Assembly (NCBI GenBank): GCA_943356495.1
Contig: CALRFF010000001.1
Span: 24,957 to 88,956 of the forward strand
Origin: Candidatus Nomurabacteria bacterium
GTDB lineage: Bacteria > Patescibacteriota > Minisyncoccia > Phycocordibacterales > SBAW01
Reading direction: 5' to 3'
DNA: 64,000 bases
Positions 45,925 through 55,608 of this stretch are shown here, in pieces (the first letter of the stretch is position 1; each line of letters begins with the position of its first letter). A program made the translations under genes and the position numbers. Below the pieces are notes generated by a model. The model searched no databases, was not told the DNA's origin, and saw only the letters and a program-made list of their open reading frames with translations.

Positions 45925-47859
45925 ATGCACCAACACATGTATTGGGGCTTTGATATAAAAAATATAGACAAACGCGTCCGGCCACAGGACGACTTTTATA
46001 CGTACGCCAACGGCGCGTGGCTTACAAAGACCGTAATACCGCCCGAGGAATCGCGTTGGGGCTCCTTTACTATATTGCGTTACAAGACAGAGCATCAGCT
46101 CAAAAAAATAGTTACTACCACCAAGCACCCGCTCGTCGCCGGCATGTATCGCTCGGCCAGCGACATGCACACCCGTAACAAGCTCGGTGCAGGACCTATG
46201 GCACCACTACGTATGTTGGTGCGCGATATTAAAACTAAAAAAGATTTGCTGAAGATTCTGGCGCGCCTGCACGTGCTTGGTATCTCCGGCGGCTGGGGCG
46301 CGTTTATTGACCAAGACTCCAAAAACTCTTCGCGCTACCTGCTGCACTTGTGGCAGGGCGGTTTGGGTATGCCCGAGCGCGACTACTACCTGCTTAATAC
46401 GCCCGAGCAAAAGCGCGTGCGCGCCGCATACCTAAAGCACATTGCCGGACTGCTTAAGCTTTTAAAGTTCAGCTCTGCAGGCATCAAACACACTCAGGAC
46501 GTAGTGATGAGGATAGAAACCGCGCTTGCTAAAGCCTCTATGAAAAAAGAGGATACCCGCGACTCCGAAAAGATTTACCACAAACTGTCCGCTGCGCAGC
46601 TGCAGAAGCTCTGCCCTGCGGTTGATTGGAGAGCTTATTTTGTGCACACTCATGCCGCAGGCGTTACAACGCTGATTGTCGGCCAGCCGGAGTTTTTTAA
46701 AGCACTGAGCAAACTACTTAACACTATCCCGCTTGAGGATTGGAAGGTGTATCTGGAATGGCATGTCATCAACGACTCGGCCTCGGCGCTCTCCGCCCCG
46801 TTTATACAAGAAAGTTTTAAGTATATTTCGGCGCTGACCGGACAAAAGAAAATGCGCCCGTTGTGGCGCCGCGCCTTGGGTGCAACCGGTGTCGTGGGCG
46901 AGGCGCTCGGAGCACTGTATATACGGAAGTACTTCCCCCTTGCCTCCAAGCGCACCATGGACGCACTGGTCTCGGACCTGTTTGATGTATACGAAGAGCG
47001 TATTAAAAATCTTGATTGGATGAGCCCCGCCACTAAGCGCAAAGCGGTGTTTAAATTGCGCGCCATGAGCCGTAAAATCGGCCACCCTAAAAAATTTGAA
47101 CGATATACAGGCTTGGCAATAACGCCAGGTGACTACTTCGGCAACATGCTGCGTGCCGAAGAGTGGCATCACCGCAAGCAAATGCGCAAACTTCGAAAAG
47201 GCGTCGACCGCGCCGAGTGGCACATGACCCCGCAGACCGTTAATGCGTACTGCAACTTCAATTTAAACGAAATTGTCTTCCCCGCCGCCATTTTGCAATG
47301 GCCGTTTTTTGACGCCAAAGCCGACATGGCAATTAACTACGCGGGCATCGGTTCGGTTATCGGCCACGAGATGACCCACGGCTTTGACGACCAAGGCTCT
47401 AAATTTGATGCCAAAGGCAACATGAAAAGCTGGTGGACAGCCAAAGACCGCGAACGGTTTATGAAAAAGGCAACACTATTGGTAGCACAATATAACGAGT
47501 TTGAGGCCGCCGAAGGCGTGCACGTTAACGGCCAACTGACTCTGGGAGAAAATATTGCCGATCTTGGGGGCCTAGCTATTGCATGGGATGCCTACCAGAG
47601 ATATCTGGATAAGAAAGGGCGCAAGAGTATAGCGGGCATAACGCCCGAACAGCGGTTCTTTTTAGGTTTTGCCCAGATGGAGCGCGAGCTCTCACGACCG
47701 GAGTTTACTAAAACGCACGCACTAACCGACCCGCACTCGCCCGCTCCGGCCCGCATCAACGGCCCGCTCGCAAACTTTGGTCCGTTTTATACCCACAACA
47801 AAGTACAAAAAGGCGACAAACTCTACCGCGCTCCTGCCAAACGCGCCGAAATTTGGTAA
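45925..47859 (+). CDS. M13 family zinc metalloendopeptidase (PepO/neprilysin-like)
   Basis: HEMTHGFDDQG (HExxH), the downstream ENIADLGG motif and the conserved NAYCN...FP region. Confidence 0.85.
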   Translation: MHQHMYWGFDIKNIDKRVRPQDDFYTYANGAWLTKTVIPPEESRWGSFTILRYKTEHQLKKIVTTTKHPLVAGMYRSASDMHTRNKLGAGPMAPLRMLVRDIKTKKDLLKILARLHVLGISGGWGAFIDQDSKNSSRYLLHLWQGGLGMPERDYYLLNTPEQKRVRAAYLKHIAGLLKLLKFSSAGIKHTQDVVMRIETALAKASMKKEDTRDSEKIYHKLSAAQLQKLCPAVDWRAYFVHTHAAGVTTLIVGQPEFFKALSKLLNTIPLEDWKVYLEWHVINDSASALSAPFIQESFKYISALTGQKKMRPLWRRALGATGVVGEALGALYIRKYFPLASKRTMDALVSDLFDVYEERIKNLDWMSPATKRKAVFKLRAMSRKIGHPKKFERYTGLAITPGDYFGNMLRAEEWHHRKQMRKLRKGVDRAEWHMTPQTVNAYCNFNLNEIVFPAAILQWPFFDAKADMAINYAGIGSVIGHEMTHGFDDQGSKFDAKGNMKSWWTAKDRERFMKKATLLVAQYNEFEAAEGVHVNGQLTLGENIADLGGLAIAWDAYQRYLDKKGRKSIAGITPEQRFFLGFAQMERELSRPEFTKTHALTDPHSPAPARINGPLANFGPFYTHNKVQKGDKLYRAPAKRAEIW

Positions 47860-48528
47860 CTACAGCCACTCGATAGGCTTTTGTCCGTGTACTTTTAAAT
47901 AAGCATTTGTTTTACTAAACGGCTTACTGCCAAAAAAACCGCTGTAGGCAGAGAAAGGCGACGGATGCGGCGACTCCAGACAGAAATGCTTCTCGCGGTC
48001 TATGTGCGCGCCTTTTGCTTTGGCATAGTTGCCCCACAATATAAAAACAAGGCGCTCGCGCTGCTCCGAGAGTGCTTTTATGGCAGCGTCGGTAAACTCC
48101 TCCCAGCCGTGGTTTTGGTGCGAGCCCGCAGTAGCCGCGCGCACCGTAAGCGTGGCGTTTAATAGCAGTACGCCTTGTTTCGCCCAGCGCTCCAAGTCGC
48201 CGTTTCGGTGTGGCAGCTTTTCGTTCAAATCGCTTTCCAATTCTTTGTATATATTTTGGAGCGATGGCGGCAACGCTACACCGTCCCCCACAGCAAAACA
48301 GAGACCATTGGCTTGGCCTGTGCCATGGTACGGGTCTTGACCGAGTATCACTACTTTTACTTTGTTAAACGGGCACAAGTCGAACGCACGAAAGATATTC
48401 TTAGGCGCCGGATACACTGCGCCTTTTTTGTACTCGTCTTTAACAAACGCCGTGAGCGCCGCAAAATACTCTTTGTTAAATTCGTCTTTCAACACTTCCT
48501 TCCAGCTTGGTTCTATCTTGACCTCCAT
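47860..48528 (-). CDS. ung: uracil-DNA glycosylase
   Basis: Family-1 UDG motifs VVILGQDPYHG and HPSPLSA-type (SPHPSPFSA). Confidence 0.9.
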   Translation of the reverse strand: MEVKIEPSWKEVLKDEFNKEYFAALTAFVKDEYKKGAVYPAPKNIFRAFDLCPFNKVKVVILGQDPYHGTGQANGLCFAVGDGVALPPSLQNIYKELESDLNEKLPHRNGDLERWAKQGVLLLNATLTVRAATAGSHQNHGWEEFTDAAIKALSEQRERLVFILWGNYAKAKGAHIDREKHFCLESPHPSPFSAYSGFFGSKPFSKTNAYLKVHGQKPIEWL

Positions 48529-48537
48529 GTGGATAGC

Positions 48538-49008
48538 TTACACAACCCCCACTCGTTGCCGCAAGATACCCGACCCGTCGCCTGCCATATGGAACTCTGC
48601 ATCAATACTTTTACCCTCAAGCACGAGCGGCAGCCAATATTTGTCGTCTATCCACATCTTGTCATACGGAATTTCCTCGAGCGCAAACCACTCCGGCGCC
48701 ATCTCCTCGCTCTCAACCGGCTCTCCGGCCCACGCCTCGGCGACAAACACATGCATGGTACGGCTCCAATCGGGCTTACCTTCAAAAGAAAAGTGTATAG
48801 TGCCCACCGGTCGCGCATCCGCTTCTTGCACCACCACTCCAACCTCTTCTAACAACTCGCGCACCGCACCCTGTCGCGGAGTCTCGCCTTCGTCGACCCC
48901 GCCGCCCATGCCGTTGTACTTCCCTGCGCCAAAGCGCACTTTTTTCATAGCAAGCAATATCTTGCTGTTGGCCTTGTCTATTATAAAAATAAGCGTCTCT
49001 TGCTTCAT
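48538..49008 (-). CDS. NUDIX hydrolase (MutT-like)
   Basis: Nudix box GGGVDEGETPRQGAVRELLEEVGV. Confidence 0.8.
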   Translation of the reverse strand: MKQETLIFIIDKANSKILLAMKKVRFGAGKYNGMGGGVDEGETPRQGAVRELLEEVGVVVQEADARPVGTIHFSFEGKPDWSRTMHVFVAEAWAGEPVESEEMAPEWFALEEIPYDKMWIDDKYWLPLVLEGKSIDAEFHMAGDGSGILRQRVGVV

Positions 49009-49017
49009 ACAAAGATT

Positions 49018-49308
49018 CTACCGTGCCCTAAAAGCCTCCTCCATAAGCATCTCCATCTTGCGGCTGGGGCCGCCGCGATTATAGTCGCCCACCCCGCCGT
49101 CGCTGCGCACAACACGATGGCACGGTATTGCAGGGTCATAGTTTTTAGCCATAAGCGTCCCAACCGCCCGCGCGGCGTTTTTGTTGCCCGCTTTGCCGGC
49201 CACCTGTTTATAGGTCAGAGTTTTGCCGCTGGGAATCTTGGACACGACCAAATACACCCTTTCGCTGAAAGTTTTTTTAGAAGAGCGGGTTGGTTTTGCC
49301 CTTTTCAT
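49018..49308 (-). CDS. ogt: methylated-DNA--protein-cysteine methyltransferase, C-terminal domain only
   Basis: Active-site PCHRVV and a DNA-binding HTH (TYKQVAGKAGN). Only about 96 aa from the first plausible ATG. Confidence 0.75.
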   Translation of the reverse strand: MKRAKPTRSSKKTFSERVYLVVSKIPSGKTLTYKQVAGKAGNKNAARAVGTLMAKNYDPAIPCHRVVRSDGGVGDYNRGGPSRKMEMLMEEAFRAR

Positions 49309-50062
49309 ACTTTTGCAATGCGGCGCCCGCGGACTCGCGGTAGCGGCAATAATCGCACTCCTCGCCGGCAGGCGGCAACGACTCGCTGTCGAGGCATGCT
49401 TTAAGCCGCACCAAACAATCATCAACCCAATCGGTCGAGCCGGTGTACGGCACCAGTGTTAATTCAAAATCAAGACGTCCGTCAAACGCTTCGCGGTCTT
49501 TGCTCGCGTTAGCATATACCCAATAGCCGGTGTCGTTTACCTCAAACCCGTTTTGCCGCAAGAGCCATTGGTACACCTCGAGCTGGCGCTTATAGCCGCG
49601 ATGCCAGTCTTCATCGAGCGACTCTATCTTTCCGTCTTTGCTGGTCGCTTTGTAGTCTATAACAATAAGCTTGCCGTCTTTGCCGACCCAAATGTCGTCG
49701 ACACCGCCGCGCACGGTAAGGCCGGTTTTTGCATGTACAGTTTTTACCCCGTGGCGCAGCGCGTCGCGCCACTCGTCCATCTTGGCGTGGGCAAACGGTA
49801 CCGCATCAAGCCCGTACTGTGCGGCAAGCGGATACTGCGTGCCGTTTGCACGGTGCGCATCGAGCTCTTTTTTTAGCAGGGCGTCTACCGCCGAGTTGAG
49901 GTTAAACGGAAATCCGGGCGGCCGCGCCACACCCAGCTTGTTGTCGAGGTAAAAGCACCGCTGACACTCCGAAAACAGGTCTATTTTAGAGCGGGACAGA
50001 GTCCATTTAGGACCGCCGTAGTTGTAGTCGGGCTTGCGGTTGGGCTTGTAGAACTGGCTCAT
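49277..50062 (-). CDS. PD-(D/E)xK nuclease, Cas4/RecB-family-like with Cys cluster
   Basis: Core D...(V)IDYK motif, an N-terminal CxxC (SECQRCF) and a C-terminal CxxC (CDYCRY) suggesting an Fe-S cluster as in Cas4/AddB nuclease domains. Confidence 0.55.
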   Translation of the reverse strand: MSQFYKPNRKPDYNYGGPKWTLSRSKIDLFSECQRCFYLDNKLGVARPPGFPFNLNSAVDALLKKELDAHRANGTQYPLAAQYGLDAVPFAHAKMDEWRDALRHGVKTVHAKTGLTVRGGVDDIWVGKDGKLIVIDYKATSKDGKIESLDEDWHRGYKRQLEVYQWLLRQNGFEVNDTGYWVYANASKDREAFDGRLDFELTLVPYTGSTDWVDDCLVRLKACLDSESLPPAGEECDYCRYRESAGAALQKYEKGKTNPLF

Positions 50063-50076
50063 AAGCCAATTCTAAC

Positions 50077-50544
50077 CTATCCGTTGGTTTCCTGATACTT
50101 CGAGCCGTAGCGCACACGCATGGCGCGCTCAACTTTTGCAAGCAAAGAAAAGATGATGACACCCAAGATCGATGCGGCAATAGCAATACCGAAGAAGCCG
50201 AAGCCCACCGCGATACCGACACCCGCCGCCAGCCAAATACCGGTTGCGGTTGTAAGCTCGACCGGATGCTCGCCGCGAAACACCGCGAGACCCGAGCCGA
50301 TAAAGCCGATGCCGATGACGACCGAGCTCGCTATCTGCAGCGGGTTAACGCCGACAAACATATTGAGTTCAAGACTCGCCAAAAGGCCCGCGATCGTGAA
50401 GAGTGCCGAGCCCATCGATACAAGCGCGTACGTGCGCATGCCGGCATGCTTACCCGCGAGCGAACGTTCAAAGCCCAGTACTACGCCAAGGACCGCGGCG
50501 ATAACCAGCCGCCAGACCATATCGGATTCGAGAAAGGGTTGCAT
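50077..50544 (-). CDS. mgtC: MgtC/SapB family membrane protein
   Basis: VLGFERSLAGKHAGMRTYALVSMGSALF matches MgtC. Confidence 0.8.
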   Translation of the reverse strand: MQPFLESDMVWRLVIAAVLGVVLGFERSLAGKHAGMRTYALVSMGSALFTIAGLLASLELNMFVGVNPLQIASSVVIGIGFIGSGLAVFRGEHPVELTTATGIWLAAGVGIAVGFGFFGIAIAASILGVIIFSLLAKVERAMRVRYGSKYQETNG

Positions 50545-50566
50545 GCAGGTATTGTACGCCCAAACG

Positions 50567-51241
50567 TTAGTTGGCCGTAAAGGTTACCCACATAGCCTCC
50601 CCGCCTTCGGTCAATACGGCATCAGCCGCAAGAGAGAATTTGCGGTCGCCGTTGTCCTGATGTTTGGTGACAAAGTACGTCTGCCCCGCAACGGTACCGC
50701 GCAATAGCTCTACCGTGCCCGCCTGTCGGTCGGGGAAAAAGAGTGCCGCACCAAGAACATTGCCGGGCTTGCCCGCACGGCTTTCATACACGACCACCCA
50801 AGTAGGTTCAGAGACAATCGCTTTGTTGATAGCAACCGAGGTCCCCGCTTTTTGCGGCGACATCAGGAGCAGGCTCGGGTCGGAGCCTTCAGCGGGAGTA
50901 CCGGTGCCGGTGTTTGCAGTGTTGGTCGACGTGGTCGAGTTAGTAGTTTGCGTAGTCTCAGTAGCAGCGGTGTCAGTCTTGTTCGAAAGCAATGCCGTGC
51001 CGCCCCACGCCAGCACTACGCCCGCGACAATGCCGCCGGCAAGCCAGCCGACTATTTTTGCACTGCTCATGCCGGAGTCGACAGACTCTGCGGGCATAAT
51101 GGGTTTGCCGAGCGGCGCTTCCGGCTTGTGGTGCGTCGGAGCCGGCGCAACCGGCGTCAAAGGCTTTTGCGGGGTCGACCAGCTAAGATTATTTTTATTG
51201 TGATTCGGATTCTGCTGTTGGCCCCCGTTCTGCGTGTTCAT
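50567..51241 (-). CDS. hypothetical membrane-anchored protein with Thr-rich linker and C-terminal beta-rich domain
   Basis: Q/N/P-rich N-tail, one TM helix and a T/S-rich low-complexity linker. No motifs recognised. Confidence 0.45.
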   Translation of the reverse strand: MNTQNGGQQQNPNHNKNNLSWSTPQKPLTPVAPAPTHHKPEAPLGKPIMPAESVDSGMSSAKIVGWLAGGIVAGVVLAWGGTALLSNKTDTAATETTQTTNSTTSTNTANTGTGTPAEGSDPSLLLMSPQKAGTSVAINKAIVSEPTWVVVYESRAGKPGNVLGAALFFPDRQAGTVELLRGTVAGQTYFVTKHQDNGDRKFSLAADAVLTEGGEAMWVTFTAN

Positions 51242-51297
51242 AGTGTGTTAGAAAATAAAATAGTAAGAAAAGCAAGACCCACTCGAGTCTGCGCCCA

Positions 51298-52119
51298 TTA
51301 TATAGCGGTACCGGGTACGCACAAGCCCGCGACCTCCTCGAGCACCAGTTGGGCTTTTTTGCCTGAAATACCCGCCGTAGCCATGGCGCGGGTATCGGTC
51401 GTAAGCGAGTTACACAACACTATCCGCTGGCTCAGTAAAGCCATTTTTTCTCGGTTGCTCAAAGTGGTAAGAGCGGTTACGGGGTATAACCCGGCGGCGT
51501 CGATCCGGTCGTGTAGGTTGCGCCCGTGCGGGTACTCCCACCCTAAAAGCTCGAGTCCGCGACAGCTGCCGTACTGTAGCGCCGGCGTCGTAAATTTGGT
51601 GTTGGTAACCACCATGCCGCGGCCGTTGCCTATGTCTTCGATACGGGCCATCACGTAGAGCACCGTTTTAAGGTCGGTTTTAAAACCGGCAGTGTTATGA
51701 AATTTTGCCTCAACGTATACCGTCTCTTCGCCTTTGTCGGTTTTTTTGGACATCACTACGTCGACCTCATGCTCGACGCAGTGCCCTTGGACAATCTGGT
51801 CTACTTTTGTCTTCCATCCTTCAAACTCAAAGAGTTTCGCAAGATAGGTCTCGAAGGGAAACCCCGACGGGCCGAAGTCGAGCACCGCGCGCTTAAGACT
51901 GTAGCGCGCCGCCACCCCTTTTTTATGTTCACGCAACAAAGCAAAGGCACGGCGATATATTTCGCTCGTAGTGGTACCGCTTTTTAACGTCGGCGCAATG
52001 TCGCTCGCAATCTGCTCGGCTGCCGCAGAGTCGGCACCCGCGCGCGCGAGGCTAGAAACTAGTTTACGCTGGTCAAACGGCTCTAGGGTGCCGTCGGATT
52101 TCACTATGAGGATAGACAT
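51298..52119 (-). CDS. ATP-cone domain fused to restriction-endonuclease-like (Mrr-cat type PD-(D/E)xK) domain
   Basis: N-terminus MSILIVKSDGTLEPFDQRKLVSSLARAG resembles an ATP-cone (NrdR-like). A downstream hExD...(V)EAK region is PD-(D/E)xK-like. Confidence 0.6.
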   Translation of the reverse strand: MSILIVKSDGTLEPFDQRKLVSSLARAGADSAAAEQIASDIAPTLKSGTTTSEIYRRAFALLREHKKGVAARYSLKRAVLDFGPSGFPFETYLAKLFEFEGWKTKVDQIVQGHCVEHEVDVVMSKKTDKGEETVYVEAKFHNTAGFKTDLKTVLYVMARIEDIGNGRGMVVTNTKFTTPALQYGSCRGLELLGWEYPHGRNLHDRIDAAGLYPVTALTTLSNREKMALLSQRIVLCNSLTTDTRAMATAGISGKKAQLVLEEVAGLCVPGTAI

Positions 52120-53144
52120 GCCTCATCAATAATACCACCACCCATACAGCGGCCGTCGCGGTAAAGCACAACCGACTGCCCCAAAGGCGCGTAGTGCGGT
52201 TCATGCAAAGTCACTTTATGTGCCGCGCGGTCGAGCGTAGCCGGAATTAACTCTTGGCGATAGCGGTAACGTGCCGCATACTCCCCGCTTGGCGCCCCGC
52301 CTATCCAATTAACCTCTGTAAGAGTTAACTCAGTGGCTTTAGCACCTTGGGGAAAGGGGTTTGGTGAGACGGTAATGGTATTAAACTCGCTGTCTTTGCC
52401 AATCACAAAATGCGGTTCGCTGTTGGGACTTTGGTTAGCAAGGGTAAAGCCGTGGCGCTGGCCGAGCACATAGGCAGGTGCGCCTTCGTGGGTGCCTACC
52501 ACTTCTCCCGATTCACTAAGTACATCGCCCGGCACCAACGTTAGCTCACGCTCCAGCATGTCGCCGATCGTAACATCGCCCAAAAAGCACAGCCCTTGGC
52601 TGTCTTTGCGTCCTGCGTTAGGCAAGCCGAACTTTTTGGCGAGCTTGCGCACCTCCGGCTTATGCAAACTCCCGACCGGAAAAAGCGTTTTACGCAACTT
52701 GTGCTCAGGCACCATCCATAAAAAGTAGCTTTGGTCCTTACTGTCGTCGGTGCCGGCAAACAGTTGGCCGTCTTTAGTTTGCGCGTAATGGCCGGTGGCT
52801 ACCTTGTCGGCACCTTGAGCCATGCACCAGTCGTAAAAGACGCCGAACTTTATCTCTCGGTTGCACAGCGCGTCGGGGTTGGGGGTGCGGCCTTTGGCAA
52901 ACTCCGCAATACTCGCTTTAAAAACTTCTTTTCGATATTCCTCCGACAAATCAATCTCTATAAAAGGAATCTTCAGATGCGCCGCCACCCGCTGAGCCTC
53001 AACCTTGTCTTCCCCCGCAGTGCACGGGTACCCGGGGAGCGCGATGCGTATAAAAGCCCCCACGACCTCATACCCCTCTTTTTGCAAAAGAGCCGCCGAC
53101 ACAGCCGAGTCCACGCCCCCCGACAATCCTACGAACACTTTCAT
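52104..53144 (-). CDS. mnmA: tRNA-specific 2-thiouridylase
   Basis: PP-loop SGGVDS, catalytic Cys residues and the C-terminal beta-barrel. Confidence 0.9.
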   Translation of the reverse strand: MKVFVGLSGGVDSAVSAALLQKEGYEVVGAFIRIALPGYPCTAGEDKVEAQRVAAHLKIPFIEIDLSEEYRKEVFKASIAEFAKGRTPNPDALCNREIKFGVFYDWCMAQGADKVATGHYAQTKDGQLFAGTDDSKDQSYFLWMVPEHKLRKTLFPVGSLHKPEVRKLAKKFGLPNAGRKDSQGLCFLGDVTIGDMLERELTLVPGDVLSESGEVVGTHEGAPAYVLGQRHGFTLANQSPNSEPHFVIGKDSEFNTITVSPNPFPQGAKATELTLTEVNWIGGAPSGEYAARYRYRQELIPATLDRAAHKVTLHEPHYAPLGQSVVLYRDGRCMGGGIIDEACLSS

Positions 53145-53186
53145 GCCTTTGTTATAGCGCGGTACGGGCGAAAAAGAAATCGGACG

Positions 53187-54203
53187 CTAATTGCCTAGAT
53201 ATTTTCTGGCGTTTGCCTGCTGGCAGGAGTACGTAACGCAGTAGTGGAAGACCCCTTGCTTGTCGGAGAGATAAAACACGTAGTTCGACTTAATAGGCGT
53301 TACCGCGGCGGTAATAGCGCCCAGCCCCGGGTTGGCGATCGGCCCCGGCGGCAACCCTTTGTTGGTGTAGGTGTTGTACGGATGATCGGTACGCAGGTCT
53401 TCGCGCGTCACTTCAAACGTGTTGCGCCCTAAGTAGTACGGAAAGACGGCGTCTACCTGCAGCGGCATGCCGTTAGCAATGCGGCGCCATAATATGCCGG
53501 CAATGGTGCGGCGGCTCTCCATGTCGGCCGCCTCGCGCTCAAGTAACGACGCCATAATAATGACGTCACTGAGCGGCTTGCCGAACTTTGCTATAGAGGT
53601 AGAGGCTGCGGTAATGCGGTTAGTAAAGTTAGTTTGCATGGAATGCAGCAGGACCAGCGGGTCGGAGCCCGGCAGCACAAAGTAGGTGTCGGGGAACAAA
53701 TACCCCTCGTTAGGCTTGCCTTCCTGTATAAATAATTCCGCGTCAAAGTCCGGTACGCGCTTGGCGAGCAGTGCCCCCATTTGTTCGGCGGTTAACCCCT
53801 CGTAAAACACCATACGTACAGGAGTAAGCTCAAAGTCGCCGAAGGCCAGCCGTTCGGCTATTCTCCAGCCGCCCTGTTTGCCGGAAAAAAAATATTCTCC
53901 TGCGTATATCTTTTTGTCATTGCCCATAAAACGCACTAACGCCTCAAACACCGCTACCGAGCGGATAATATGCTTGCTTTTAAGCGTCTCGCCCACCTGC
54001 CGCAAGGTTTGGCCGTCTTTAACCCGCAAGTACGAGCCGGAGGGAAAGTCGAGCGGCGGGCTGAGCGTCACAAAATACAGCAAATAGACAAGCATCCCGA
54101 ACAAAAATGCCATAGGGAGTATCCGGTCGTACGCGCGACACTCCCAGCACGTTTCGTCGCAGACCAAAGCGCCGCGGAATATATGTTTGCGCTCTTTTGT
54201 CAT
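53187..54203 (-). CDS. mltG: endolytic murein transglycosylase (YceG family)
   Basis: N-terminal TM helix and YceG motifs including the GLPPGPIANPG region. Confidence 0.85.
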   Translation of the reverse strand: MTKERKHIFRGALVCDETCWECRAYDRILPMAFLFGMLVYLLYFVTLSPPLDFPSGSYLRVKDGQTLRQVGETLKSKHIIRSVAVFEALVRFMGNDKKIYAGEYFFSGKQGGWRIAERLAFGDFELTPVRMVFYEGLTAEQMGALLAKRVPDFDAELFIQEGKPNEGYLFPDTYFVLPGSDPLVLLHSMQTNFTNRITAASTSIAKFGKPLSDVIIMASLLEREAADMESRRTIAGILWRRIANGMPLQVDAVFPYYLGRNTFEVTREDLRTDHPYNTYTNKGLPPGPIANPGLGAITAAVTPIKSNYVFYLSDKQGVFHYCVTYSCQQANARKYLGN

Positions 54204-55591
54204 TAGTGTCCGGGCAGCGTAATCTGCGCGGTCGGCAAGTTGGGCGGCGCTTCGCCCACACGGCTTGCCACGCGCACCAACCCCGGTGTTTTAACCGCCG
54301 CACTCGGGAAGTGCCATATACTGGCCAGCTCCTCGGTGGTCATAGCGACCGGCACTTGGTCATACGGCACATAAAAATAGGCGCGATGCTTGTACCAAAA
54401 AAACATGCGTTTACGCACCATCTTGTGGCGGATATCGTTCCAATCCTGCCAAGGGTAGTCAAAAATGGACATACCCCGCGTTACGTTAATGGTGTTGTAG
54501 TCCGGCGCCCTAAACGGGTCCCACAAACGCACTAAGTTATTGACTTTAGACAGGTCAAATTTTCCTTTCTGTACTATATACATGCCGCGGAAACCGCATT
54601 CGAAAATAAGTTTATTAAAGTTGCGCTCGATAGCCTCGATACGATCTTTTTCGGGGGTAGAAAGTAGCTGCACGCCGCGGCCTGCCGCGGCTTGCTTTTG
54701 CACCGGATCCTCTACGCGGTCTTGCGCGCGTTTTACCGCGTCGTCAAAAATTTTCTTAATAGCAGCCTTCCCGCCTTCTTTATAACTGTCGGCCGTTTTA
54801 TAAAAGCCGTACCATTCGTCCTTCTTGCGCGCTTTCATTACAATTTGAATCCATACATGCTCGTCGGGCCTGATAGACGCCAAAAATTCGAGAATGTTGG
54901 TAATAGGGTCTACCTGCTTTTCGGGTTTGTCGGGGTCTTTGTCGAGCCCCCAGTCGATATACGTTTTAATAGGCACGGCGCCGGGCTGGCTTTTTTCGTA
55001 CTCGGTACCCCACAGGTCGTGTGTCTCGGGGCTATAGCCGGCCTTGGTGACGTAGTCTTCTCGTACTTCAGTAATCTGCGCTTCGGGGAATTGGCCGTAA
55101 ATACGCGCCTCCATAAACTGCTTCCATGCGCGGCGTAGATGGATATAGTAGCCGATGCGCCCGCCGTTGCTTACCAGTTCGAGCGTAGTAACAGCGCGGT
55201 ACTGCCCTTTCCAAATGCGCTGAATAAAGGTGGTTTCAGAACCGTTATTCCAGAGGCCGGTCAATATAACCTCCATTGCCAAAGGCGACTTTTCAACCAC
55301 GGCGGGCAGCTCGATATGCAGCAGCACAAAATCCTGTTTAAACCAAAAAGCATAGCGCAGATAATGTATCCATCGCTTCCAAAACATAATAAACAGCACT
55401 ACCGGCAGCCAGAGCGGAGAGGTAGCGACTAAAGCAGCGAAGGTGCCTGACACCGCGTCCGGGTCGACGCCGAGCGCTACTATCGTTAGAAGCAGCATTG
55501 CGGGGGGCACAACCGCAATCGGCTCTACATGCCAGCCGTCCAACCAACTGCTTATACCTTCGGCCTCATGATGCAGGAACATAGGATGCAT
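54203..55591 (-). CDS. hypothetical protein (462 aa, N-terminal TM segments plus a large Trp/Lys/Asp-rich domain)
   Basis: Long clean ORF ending exactly at the mltG start. No motifs recognised. Confidence 0.5.
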   Translation of the reverse strand: MHPMFLHHEAEGISSWLDGWHVEPIAVVPPAMLLLTIVALGVDPDAVSGTFAALVATSPLWLPVVLFIMFWKRWIHYLRYAFWFKQDFVLLHIELPAVVEKSPLAMEVILTGLWNNGSETTFIQRIWKGQYRAVTTLELVSNGGRIGYYIHLRRAWKQFMEARIYGQFPEAQITEVREDYVTKAGYSPETHDLWGTEYEKSQPGAVPIKTYIDWGLDKDPDKPEKQVDPITNILEFLASIRPDEHVWIQIVMKARKKDEWYGFYKTADSYKEGGKAAIKKIFDDAVKRAQDRVEDPVQKQAAAGRGVQLLSTPEKDRIEAIERNFNKLIFECGFRGMYIVQKGKFDLSKVNNLVRLWDPFRAPDYNTINVTRGMSIFDYPWQDWNDIRHKMVRKRMFFWYKHRAYFYVPYDQVPVAMTTEELASIWHFPSAAVKTPGLVRVASRVGEAPPNLPTAQITLPGH

Positions 55592-55608
55592 CTATTGTAC
55601 GGTATTTT

